A DNA stretch of 64,000 nt, taken from the NCBI GenBank assembly GCA_964016885.1, contig OZ024740.1, positions 210,614,001 through 210,678,000 of the forward strand, in the 5' to 3' direction. This DNA is from Eledone cirrhosa (taxonomy: Eukaryota). This document shows, piece by piece, positions 27,001 through 37,172 of the stretch. The notes beneath the pieces are model-generated. The model was not told where the DNA came from. It was given only the letters and a program-made list of their open reading frames with translations, and made no database searches. The position numbers and the translations under genes were made by a program. Position 1 is the first letter of the stretch. Each line of letters begins with the position of its first letter.

Positions 27001-27930
27001 GTTATCAGTGGAGACTCCACCGCAACATTCTATAGAGGGCTGGTACGCAGCAGGTGCGACGACGCCCTTGGAGAAGCCCTAGACATGGAGGAGGACGAAC
27101 TGGCCAGCCTGTTCGGTAGGACATTCAGCCCGGGACCTATGGACAACTTCCAGAAGTCCCTGGCCTGGCAGTGCTACCGAGGGGCTTTACCCGTTCGAGA
27201 AAGGCTCTACAGACACGGGCGCCCGGGTAGGGACCCCGCCAAAAAGATCTGTCCCAGATGCGTGTGCGACGAGGAAACCGTTGCACACGCATTGGTACAC
27301 TGCTCGGGCGTAGCCGATCTGTGGGGCTATGTCGAACAACTGCTGTCAAGGGTGGGACCGATCCGGTTGACCACCGAGTCTATTGTAATGATCAAGCCGC
27401 CTCCCCCCTTCAAAGATGAAGCAGAGGCGGTGTTTCTGTGCGTAATAGCCATGGCGAAAGAGGTTGTATGGTGGACGCGTCTGAAAGGACTGAGGTCAGG
27501 CACCTTTCTCTCTGGCCAACAACTGGTCCGTTTCTTCCGATATCATTTCGGAAGAAGGATCAGGATGGAGAGAGAGGTGCTGCACCCCAGTCGTTTTTAT
27601 GAAAGGTGGGTGAAAGTGGCGAGAATGGCCCGTGTGAATGGGCCTTCTCTTTACATAAGCCTGTAGGTGGAAAAGAGGAAGGAACGAGGGAGCACCCCCT
27701 CTCTGTGCTCCTGGGGAAAAGGGTTGCACACTTTTTTCGGGGGTGTGTGCGACTCCCCAAGGCGCCTCCTCTCTATTGAGGATTTTGTTAAAAATTTTAT
27801 TTTTTGTTATATCTTATTTTATTTTTATATTTTGTTATTGCCTCCTCCTTATTGAGGACGCCTTTTTGTGTAAACTCCCCCCTTTGTACTTGTCCCACTT
27901 TTGATGCCCTAGTGGCAAATAAAAGAAACT
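24100..27930 (+). mobile_element. Tx1/L1-clade LINE copy 1 (5'-truncated within the end of ORF1; intact ORF2)
   Basis: Preceded by (CTAT)n at 24077-24099. Contains the ORF1 tail MEIERPVSRDAER*, ORF2, and a 3'UTR ending GCCCTAGTGGCAAATAAAAGAAA, followed by (TCCA/TCTA)n to ~28110. Confidence 0.95.
24229..27666 (+). CDS. LINE ORF2 protein: APE endonuclease, reverse transcriptase and C-terminal CCHC zinc finger (1145 aa from ATG)
   Basis: Uninterrupted ORF. APE motifs LNARG, ICE, GDWN, SYLDRF, SDHK; RT motifs FRPITLLN, DQSKAFDRV, QGCPLS, AYADD; C-terminal CPRC...HALVHC. ATG context is CCACCAACATGG. Confidence 0.95.
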   Translation: MAVLRVGCLNARGLGSSWKQAMLLNDLRSQSINVMVICEARISSMRQLAPTFDDFEMHASLCQPGGGGGVVVLLQKHMGLATQIVHLDPGGRLVVLDLGSGEGRALRLIAAYAPFGTERPDFFQRLESFLGTSRSLLLVGDWNGILDARWDYAGACPDREGCNSLKGLLGRFDLADRFRLDFPTVPTWSWSNRSGSSRSYLDRFLVRNKDRDFLSCPEMLMVGYSDHKLVTCMVNLDRTHRQGPGYWKLNLSLPASRAYRNRISTLVKERLTGAIVNSRWWVSLKREIRVVSIEFSKVLAADRNRKERELIDRVEEAIRSGDVARVLASRTALSQFFDAKHEGCVVRSKIRALGNEGAKAVSWARVTEANSGTKSTIRSLRDLDGRAILEPKQMCEAFQRHFARLFGRGGEPVGNVDFGPYLDGLPRLSDREAKSCEEPISAAEIEDVLGQCGKRKSPGLDGLPYELYLAMPDLFPDLLEAVYCNWQQNGRIPCTVTKGVVTLVRKDENKGDEISNFRPITLLNTELQILAKVLAKRLALVVGNLVGDAQTCAIPSRSIHDNLHLMRYIIERVGNEPGFGGALINLDQSKAFDRVDHGYLDAVLAAAGFGPVFRGWITAMHSSRICSRVKVNGYLSEPFKIARSIRQGCPLSSLLYVLTLEPLLRKLELLQGIPLEPGLRKAVSAYADDVTVMVSTASEIEAVGTLLEEYEKFTGAKLNRDKSIGLQLGTWRGRPMPSDGVVGRWTEGPVKLLGVWFGPDLQVEKNWAEVTNRVFALTQKWASCKLSLKGRAEVANTYIASVIYYRLTVVPCPRETLTKMERALFQFLWKGRAPMVRRSICCQHPSKGGLGMPWLMMRKHALRLRHLYVFLTGQPVWASFVRRTFPRLVSLTELQSWVKQRPRKLGAWHTECAQALTALWQADPVISGDSTATFYRGLVRSRCDDALGEALDMEEDELASLFGRTFSPGPMDNFQKSLAWQCYRGALPVRERLYRHGRPGRDPAKKICPRCVCDEETVAHALVHCSGVADLWGYVEQLLSRVGPIRLTTESIVMIKPPPPFKDEAEAVFLCVIAMAKEVVWWTRLKGLRSGTFLSGQQLVRFFRYHFGRRIRMEREVLHPSRFYERWVKVARMARVNGPSLYISL

Positions 27931-28394
27931 CATCTATCTATCATCAATCCATCCATCCATCCATCCATCCATCCATCTATCCATCCATCCATCCATCCAT
28001 CCATCTATCCATCTATCCATCCATCCATCCATCTATCCATCCATCCATCCATCTATCCATCCATCCATCCATCTATCCATCCATCCATCCATCTATCCAT
28101 CTATTTATCTTCTGTTCTACCACCTCCAGTGCCACCACCCTTTCACGTTCATTACTGTTGCTCCACCATTACCATTGCTTTCCTTCCTTATTCTCCACCT
28201 TCAAAACCATCTCTATTTCCATTTCCTCATCCTCATTCATGGACTCTCCTAGTACTTTCCTCTCTACCTTTCCCACTATCTTTTCATTAACTGTTGCTTC
28301 CCTCATCATTCACAACTATATCACATCCAATATTCACTCACACTCACATAGCAGTTCTATCTCTCTCTCTCCATCCATCTCTCTACCCCCCCCC

Positions 28395-28451
<57 letters not shown>

Positions 28452-29532
28452 GAGAGGTTATATTTAATTTGTTGGGATACAACAATCAAAATATTTTTAT
28501 AACTGATATAAAGCACTCAACAAATTAATTGGAATAAATATATATATCGTGTTTAATATAGGACTAAAACTGTTTCATTCAAAAGAAATCATCAGGGCTT
28601 TCTAGGAAAGCCCTGATTTATTTTGAATGAAGCAGTTTTAGTCCTGAAACATGATGTGTACACTCTACTAATGTATTGAGTACTTTACTAACTGTGGTTA
28701 ACCCTGATTGAACCCGGGACTATTCCTCTATCCATATCTCTTTTTCTCTCTCCCTTATCAAAACTGTTGCTTTACCATCGTTACACTGAACTCATCCTCA
28801 ATTATTCCGTTTTTTTTTTTGTCGTACAACGTCCTTCTCTATTCTCTCTACTACTATCTTCTCTTCTCTCCTCTCCCCCCCCTCTCTCGCTCCCTGCATT
28901 ATCTTGTTCCTTTCTCTAGCAACACTCAGACACCATCTTCTCCTCCCCCTGTCTCTCTCTCTCTCTCTGTCTTATCTAGATCCCTCATCTCATAGTGATT
29001 TCTCTCACCCAATCGTTCTCTTATAATCCCTTTCATTCACCTTTTTTTAATATTTTTCATTCACATCTAAAGTAGTCGTATCTAGCTCTCTCTTCCTTCG
29101 TCCATCTATTTCCTTTCACTCCACATAAAACCTCTCTTGCTACCCTTATCCCCTCTATCGTACACATTCACAATAGTTCTTTTTCTCTTTCTCTCTAACC
29201 CCCTCTCTTACTCACTTTCTCTCTAACTCACTCTCTCTTTCTTTTTCATTTTCTCTAACCACCCCTCTCTTTGTTTTATTCTCTCTAACCCCCCCCCCCC
29301 CCTCTAACTCTCTCTCTCTGTTTCATTCTCTCTAACTCCCTCTTTCTCTCTTTCTCTCTAACTCTCTCTCTGTTTCATTCTCTTTAACTCCCCCTCTCTC
29401 TCTCTTTCATTCTTTCTAACCCCTTCTCTCTCTTTCTCTCACACAAGTTCACGTCACCTCTTGTTCCCACTTAGATAATTTATTTTGCTTCACACATTAA
29501 TACACCGTGGATCTCTGTCTGTCTATATATCT

Positions 29533-32468
29533 GTGTCCCAGTAGAGGGGGATACAACAGCCTCAAAAATTTAATCGGCCAATTCCAACTGGCCGATCGGT
29601 ATCGACTAGATTTCCTGACTGCACCACAGTGGACGTGGACAAATATTAGCGGGACATCTAGATCGTATTTAGATAGGTTCTTTATTAGAGAGAGAGGGAG
29701 AGGAAAATGTTAAGCTGTCCACAAATGTACATGGTTGCCTATTCAGACCACAAACTAGTCACCTGCATAGTCAACCACGATAGAACAGATGGACAAGGAC
29801 CTAGATACTGGAAACTGAACGTGTCGTTACCGACGCGTAAAGCCTACAGTAGACGGATAAGTAGATTAGTTAACGGCACTGGACCAGTTCTTCGATGCGA
29901 AACACGAAGGCTGCGTAGTCAGGAGTAGATCACGTGCTCTAGAAAATGAGGGAGCAAAAGCTATTAGCTGGGCCCGAGTGGCAGAGGCAAAAAGTGGCAA
30001 CAAGTCCACGCTTCGGTCTTTGAAAGACCAAAACGGACGCGTGCTACTTGACTCCAGGCGGATGTGCACGGCCTTTCAGGGGCACTTTGCGCAACTGTTC
30101 GAGCAGAACAGTGCGCCGAACGATGTAATGGACTTCGGTTCATACCTCGACGGCCTGTCGCGTCTCTCGAGCATGGACGCCGAGTTCTGCGAAAGACCGA
30201 TCACAGCCACTGAGATACGGGACGCTCTGAGCCGCTGCGGGAAACAGAAATCACCCGGTCTAGATGGTCTACCCTATGAGTTTCACATAGGCATGCCGGA
30301 CTTGTTCTCTGGCGTCCTCGAAGCCGTCTACTGCAACTGGCAGCAGAACGGTAGAATTCCCAGTTCTGCAGGCAGGGACGTAGTAACGCTGATCGGGAAA
30401 GACGAGAACAAGGGAGACAAACTAAGCAACTTTAGGCACATAACTCTCCTAAACGCAGAGTTAAAGATTTTGGCCAAGGTGTTAGCAGCGAGGCTGGCGC
30501 TTATCGTCGAGAACCTGGTGGGAATCAAACGTGTCCAATTCCAACCAGGTCCATACACGACAACCTCCACCTCATGCGATACATCATAGAGAGGGTGGTG
30601 TGAAACCAGGCTTCGGTGGGGCTCTGATCAATTTAGATCAGTCTAAGGCGTTCGATAGAGTCGACCATCGATACTTGGAAGCGGTTCTCAAGGCGGCCGG
30701 TTTCGGACCCGTCTTCAGAGGCTGGATCAAAGCAATGCACACCAACATCTGCTCGAAGGTCAAGGTGAATGGCTACCTATCAGAGCCGTTCGCAATCACG
30801 CATTCCATCCGACAGGGATGCCTTCTCTCCTCTATTCTGTACGTATTGACTCTTGAGCCACTACTGCGGTAGTTGGAGCGGCTACAGGAAAGTGGCGTCG
30901 GCTTATGCCGATGACGTGACAGTAATGGTGGCGAAAACCTTGGAAATCGGGGCGATCGCCAACTTACTGCAGGAATACGAAAGGCTCACAGGAACAAAAC
31001 TAAACCCGGACAAGTCTGTCGCTTTGCAACTCGGAACGTGGAGAGGCAAACCGATGCCGTCCGACAGTGTCGTCGGACGCTGGACGGACGGACCGGTGAA
31101 ATTGCTCGGGGTCTGGTTCGGTCCGGACCTCCAGGTGGAGAGAAACTGGAACGAGGTCACGGCCAAGATATTTGTGGCCCACCCAGAAGTGGGCAGAGTG
31201 CAAACTATCCTTGAAAGGTCGAGCGAAGGTGGCGAACACTTTCATGGCGTCCGTCATCTACTATCGCTTGACTGTCGTGCCTTGTCCCCGTGAATACCTC
31301 GCCAAGATGAAACGCATGCTCTTCCAGTTCCTTTGGAAGAAGCAGGCTCCACTGGTGAGGAGATCCGTCTGCTGTCAGCACCCTTCCAACGGAGGGCTGG
31401 GAATGCCGTAGCTGATGATGAGCAAACATGCGCTGAGGATACGGCATCTACAGGTATTTCTCACCGACCCCCAACCGGTGTGGGCACCGTTTGTGAGACA
31501 GGCCTTCCCGCAACTTGTCTCGCTGAAGGAGCTGCAGTCTTGGGTCAAGCGGAGACCGAAGATGGGCGCCTGGAACATTGAATTCTCTCAGGCGCTCACA
31601 GTTCTCTGTTAAGCGAACACGGAAATCAGTGGAAACTCCACTTCGACATTCTATAGAGGGTTAGTACGTCACAAGTGCGACCACGTGCTCGGAGAGACTC
31701 TGGACGTCGAAGACGACGAGCTCACCCGTCTGTTCGGTAGAACTTTCCGCCTGATACCTATGGACAACTTCCAAAGGTCCCTGGCCTGGCAGTGCTACCG
31801 AGGAGCTCTACCTGTTCGAGACAAGATCTACAGGCACGGACGTCCCGGCAGGGATCCTTCCAAGAGGACGTGTCGAAGATGCGAGCAGGACATTGAAACC
31901 GTCCTGCACGCAATTGTACATTGCCCGGGCGTAACCGACATGTGGAACTATGCAGAAGAACTGCTGTCGCGTATGGGACAAATTCAGTTGACTGCCGAGT
32001 CCATAGTAAGGATCAAACCGCCAACTTCTTTCAAAAACGAAAGAGAGGCAGTTTTCCTCTGTATAGTGGCTATGGTAAAAGAGGTTATATGGTGGATTAG
32101 ATTGAGAGGACTGAGGACAGATGCCTTTCTCTCCGGACAACAACTCATTCCACTCTTTAGGTACCACTTTAGAAGGAGAATCAGAGTGGAGAGAGAGGCA
32201 CTGCACCCCAGTAAATTTACTGAAAGGTGGGTGAATGTAGCAAAAATGGCACGAGTAATTGGGCTTTCTCTGTATATAAACCTGTAGCTTGAAGAAGAGA
32301 GCAAAGGGAAGAAAGGAGCACTTGCGCAACACGCACTTGAAGTTGAGGGTTGTTCTATTTACGGGGTATTAAACAACCCATTTGTAACGCCTTCCCCCTA
32401 TTGAGGATTTCGATTGTTAAATTTGTTTGTTTGTTTCATTTTTTTACACGATTGTATGTAAAATCCCC
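29533..32468 (+). mobile_element. Tx1-clade LINE copy 2 (second subfamily, 5'-truncated, with deletions and stops)
   Basis: Fragmented ORF2 pieces (SYLDRF, SDHK, DQSKAFDRV, AYADD, C..C...H....C). Starts after TCTG/TCTA repeats. Confidence 0.93.
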
Positions 32469-32935
32469 TGTTTGGTGACTATGACAAAAGAAGTCATATA
32501 GTGAACAAGATTGAAAGGGCTGAGGGCAAACACCTTCCTCTCCGGACAACACCTAATCACCTTCTTCAAATGCCATTTCAGAAGAAGGGTGAGAGTGGAG
32601 AGAGAGGCGTTGCATTCCAGTAAATTTTCTGAAAGATGGGTGAATGTTGCGAAAATGGCCCGAATGAATGGCCCTTCTCTGTTTAAAGAGGACAAGACAG
32701 AGAAGACATGAGCTCTTGCAAAACATTCTCTTGGTGTTGAGGGCTGTTCTATCTACGGGGTGTAAAACAACACAGTTGTAAGGTCCACCCTCCCACCCCT
32801 ATTAGGAATTGCGATTGTTTATTATTTATTTTATAACTGTTAAAATTTTCTTTTTTACACGTATGAATGTAAAACCCCCGCCGTAAGTCCTGTAATGTCC
32901 CATTTCTTGTGCGCCCTCGTGGCAAATAAAGAAAT
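32469..32935 (+). mobile_element. Tx1-clade 3' fragment (third variant) fused directly to copy 2
   Basis: GLRANTFLSGQHL...ERWVNVAKMARMNG followed by a 3'UTR ending GCCCTCGTGGCAAATAAAGAAA and (TCTA/TCTG)n. Confidence 0.88.
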
Positions 32936-33051
32936 CTATCTGTATATCTATGTCTGTCTGCCTGTCATCTATTTGTCTATCTGTCTATCTGTCTGTCTGT
33001 TTGACTATCTGTCTGTCTGTCTGTCTGTCTATCTGTCTGTCTGACTACCTG

Positions 33052-33123
<72 letters not shown>

Positions 33124-33322
33124 GCACAACACGCTCCTTGAGTTGAGGGTTGTTCTATCGACGGGGTATTAAACGACCCATTTGTGGCGCCTCCCCTCTA
33201 TTGGGGATTTCGATTGTTGAAATTGTTTGTTTTTATATTTTTTACACGACTGTATGTAAAATCCCCGGCATGTCTTTGTATTGTCCCCTTTCTTGTTGCG
33301 CCCTTGTGGCTAATAAAGAAAT
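33124..33322 (+). mobile_element. Tx1-clade 3'UTR-only insertion (~200 bp)
   Basis: Near-identical to the 3'UTR at 48225-48420; flanked on both sides by (CTAT)n. Confidence 0.9.
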
Positions 33323-33354
33323 CTATCTATCTATCTATCTAGCTAGCTAGCTAG

Positions 33355-33392
<38 letters not shown>

Positions 33393-33469
33393 GACTATGT
33401 CTGTCATCTATCTGTCTGACTATGTCTGTCATCTATCTGTCTGACTACCTGTCTATCTGTCTATCTGTT

Positions 33470-35197
33470 CCATATCACGCGATCCATTCGACAGGGATGC
33501 CCTCTCTCCTCCCTTCTGTACGTACTGACTCTTGGGCCACTACTTCGGAAGTTGGAGCTATTGCAGGGCATCCCTCTGGAACCGGGACTGCGGAAAGCGG
33601 CGTCGGCCTACGCCGACGACGTGACAGTAATGGTGTCGAGCGCCTCGCAAATCGAGGAAAGGTTCACAGGAGCGAAGCTGAACCGGGAAAAATACATCGG
33701 TTTGCAACTCGGATCGTGGAGAGGCAAACCGATGCCTTCCGATGGCGTCGTCGGACGCTGGACGGAAGGACCGATAAAGCTGCTCGGGGTCTGGTTTGGT
33801 CTGGACCTCCAGGTGGAGAAGAACTGGAACGAGGTGACGGCCAAGGTGTTTGCACTCACCCAGAAGTGGGCCGAGTGCAAACTATCCTTGAAAGGTCGAG
33901 CGGAGGTGGCGAACACTTTTATAGCGTCCGCCATCTACTACCGCTTGACCGTCGCGCCTTTTCCAGCCAAAACGCTCACTAAAATGGAGCGCGCGCTCTT
34001 CCAATTCCTTTGGAAGAGGCGGGCTCCTTTGGTGAGAAGATCCATCTGTTGCCAACACCCGGAGGGCTGGGGATGCCGTGGCTGACGATGCGCAAACACG
34101 CACTCAAGCTGCGGCATCTCTACGTATTCCCCACCGGACAACCGGTGTGGGCCCCGTTCGTGAGGCGAGCCTTCCCACGACTCGTCTCGCTGACCGAGCT
34201 GCAGTCCTGGGTCAAGCAAAGACCGAGGAAAATGGGCGACTGGCACATCGAATGTGCTCAGGCACTCACAGCCCTCTGGCAGGCGGACCCGGCGATCAGT
34301 GGAGACTCCACTTCGTCATTCTATAGAGGGTTGATCCGCAGCAAGTGCGACGAAGTGCTCGGTGAAACTCTAGGCGTAGAGGAAGACGAACTGGCCAGTC
34401 TATTCGGTAGGACCTTCCTCCCGGGACCGATAGACAACTTCCAAAAGTCCCTGGCCTGGCAGTGCTACCGAGGAGCTCTACCAGTTCGTGACAAGCTCTA
34501 CAGACATGGGCGCCCGGGCAGGGACCCTGCAAAAAAGATCTGTCCGAGGTGTGTGCGAGACGAAGAAACCATCGCGCACACATTCATACACTGCCCGGGC
34601 GTCACCGACCTGTGGGGCTATGTAGAACGACTATTGTCGCGGGTGGGACCAATCCGGTTGACCACCGAGTCCATTGTCATGATCAAACCGCCACCCTCCT
34701 TCAAAAACGAAGGAGAGGCGGTTTTCCTTTGTGTGATAGCTATGGCGAAAGAGGTTGTATGGTGGACAAGGTTGAAAGGGCTGAGGTCAGACACCTTTCT
34801 CTCCCGCCAACAACTGATCCTTTTTTTTCAAATACCACTTTGGAAGAAGAATCAGGATGGAGAGAGAGGTGCTGTACCCCAGCAAGTTTTATGAAAGGTG
34901 GGTGAAAGTGGCGAGAATGGCCCGAGAGAATGGGCCTTCTCTCTATATCAGCCTGTAGGTTGAGGAAAAGGAGGAGGAGAGGAAAGGAGTACAAACTCTT
35001 CGTACTCCTAGAGATGAGGGTTGCACATTTTTTTTCGGGGGTATGTGTTACCCATATGAACTGTCTCCCCATATTGGGGAAAATCGACTAATTTTTAAAT
35101 TGCATTTGTGATAATATTTTACACGTTTTTATTGTATGTAAACTTCCCGCTTTGTATTTGTCCCCTTCTTTTCTGCCTCTGTGGCTAATAAAGAAAC
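33470..35197 (+). mobile_element. Tx1-clade LINE copy, 5'-truncated in RT, frameshifted
   Basis: QGCPLS-region, AYADD and CPRC..H..C pieces; 3' end GCCTCTGTGGCTAATAAAGAAA. Confidence 0.93.
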
Positions 35198-35392
35198 ATA
35201 TCTACCTGTCTCTGTCTTTGATAGTAGACGTCTTTCATATCGGCTCTTCGATTTGGAATTTTTACTTGGAATATTTGAGAGTGCATTATTTAAATTGTTT
35301 TTTATTATTGACTCTAACCCCTAGTCTGGGACTGTAGACGTAGGGTAAATATATTTTCACCTCTTTTGGGGTGAAAAATATTTAATTCAAAA

Positions 35393-37149
35393 ATGTTTAT
35401 CGATATCGTTGAAAACGATATCGCCATATTGGAAGCTAACGCCACGCCTACCAAAAAAATAAGCGAGAAAGAGGGAACAACAATTCAAACTGTTGAACAG
35501 CCCCTCCTCTCCAATGAAAAAAAAAAGAATATTAATTCGAATGAAAACCTAAATTTTGAAGAAAAAAATAACACCACAAATAATGAAACCAACAACATTA
35601 CAACAACAAGCAACAAAGACAACAAAATTTGTTTTGCCCAAACGGTCAGGAAAGCTATCGAATACAAGCCCATAGATATTACTAACGCTAAGCAAAACTT
35701 GCTAGATGCCAGAAAATACGTATCTTTTGGGGAGGATGGTTCTTTTACGATCAACTCCCCAGAAGAAGTTCGTTAACAGGTATATAGGAATACCATAACC
35801 TACAGGACTATATCCAACGCAACAAGAAAGCCAGCTCAATTGACAGAAAGTCAAATTGAGCTGGTTCTGAAAGACATTAAAAAGGACATACTCTTTATTG
35901 AAAGAGGAAAGCTGTATGCCAGCATTATGGTCCGAATGAAGGACGAAATGCTGGCTCAAAAATGTTCGGTGGCACCTATAGTGTCACCACAATACACCTT
36001 CTTCCCCACATATAAAGGAAGAAGAACACAAAGAATAAGAATGTGGAGCCCAACTCCAGAAGTAAACATCTGGTCCGTCCTAACAGGATTTACGGACCTA
36101 GAAAAGGACATCCTTATTTCAGCAGGGGAGTCCACCAGTGGACTGTTCGGGGGGAAAAGTCTGGAGGTTCTCTTACAGATGACACCTGAGAGAATCGCCG
36201 GAATACCCGACCGAGTCCTACTGGATGGGCGAACCTTCATAAATATTACGGTGGAAGGCAGGAGACCCTCATGTTACCACTGCGCTGGCAGAGGTCACAT
36301 GAGGACGGCCTGCCCTCTACTAACAACAAAAAAACCACTGCTACAAACACCACAACAACAACAAAAACAACCAGCACCACCACCACAAAAACAACAAAAT
36401 ACACTACCATCACCACCACAACGACAACAAAAACCAACAACACCACCTCCACCACCACCACCACCACAACAACAACATCAACAACAGCTCAAGAAAACAA
36501 CCCAAAACACGGTCCCACCCAGCCCCTCCCCACAGAACACAAATACAAAAACACACACAGTTCATACACAACCCGGAAATATACCCCTCCCCTCCAATAC
36601 GGAAGAGGAGCTCATATCGTCGGAAGACGAGGGGGCTCCCTTCCAAAAAGTGAAAAGAAAAAAACGTACACACACCACATAAACAAAAATAACCCCACCT
36701 GACAACACAACACAAACAACAAAACGCAAACTCACGCAAGAACAACAAGCAAAAACAAACACAACAACACAAAAACTCTACACATACATAAACAAAAACA
36801 ATAAAAACTTAACGGAAAAAATAGAAAACAACCCTTCGGTACAAACCGAAGGGCCGAATTTTGCAACGGCAATGGGACTCCCTAACCTGAAAATGGTGAA
36901 AGTCCCACTTTCAAAACTTTGAAAAACATTTACCCTGAGGACGTGGGGGCCACCCTGCACCAGGCCACTCAACCGCGTCCTCCTGAAAGGTTTTCCCCTC
37001 CCCTCCTCAAACACCCACACAACTCCAAACACCCCAACCCCTCCACACACTAATACCCCCACACCACCACAAACCACCACCCACCCAACAACCCCTCCAC
37101 CAGCCCCATGGAAACTGAGCGGCCCGAACCCCGGGACGCAGAGAGGTAA
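35393..37149 (+). pseudogene. LINE ORF1 (gag-like CCHC zinc knuckle; P/Q/T-rich C-terminus), interrupted by stops
   Basis: ORFs 35393 and 35840 are in the same frame, separated by one TAA. CYHCAGRGHMRTAC knuckle. Terminal METERPEPRDAER* matches the ORF1 tail of copy 1. Confidence 0.85.
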
Positions 37150-37172
37150 GTGCCTCTTTCTTTGCCACCAAC

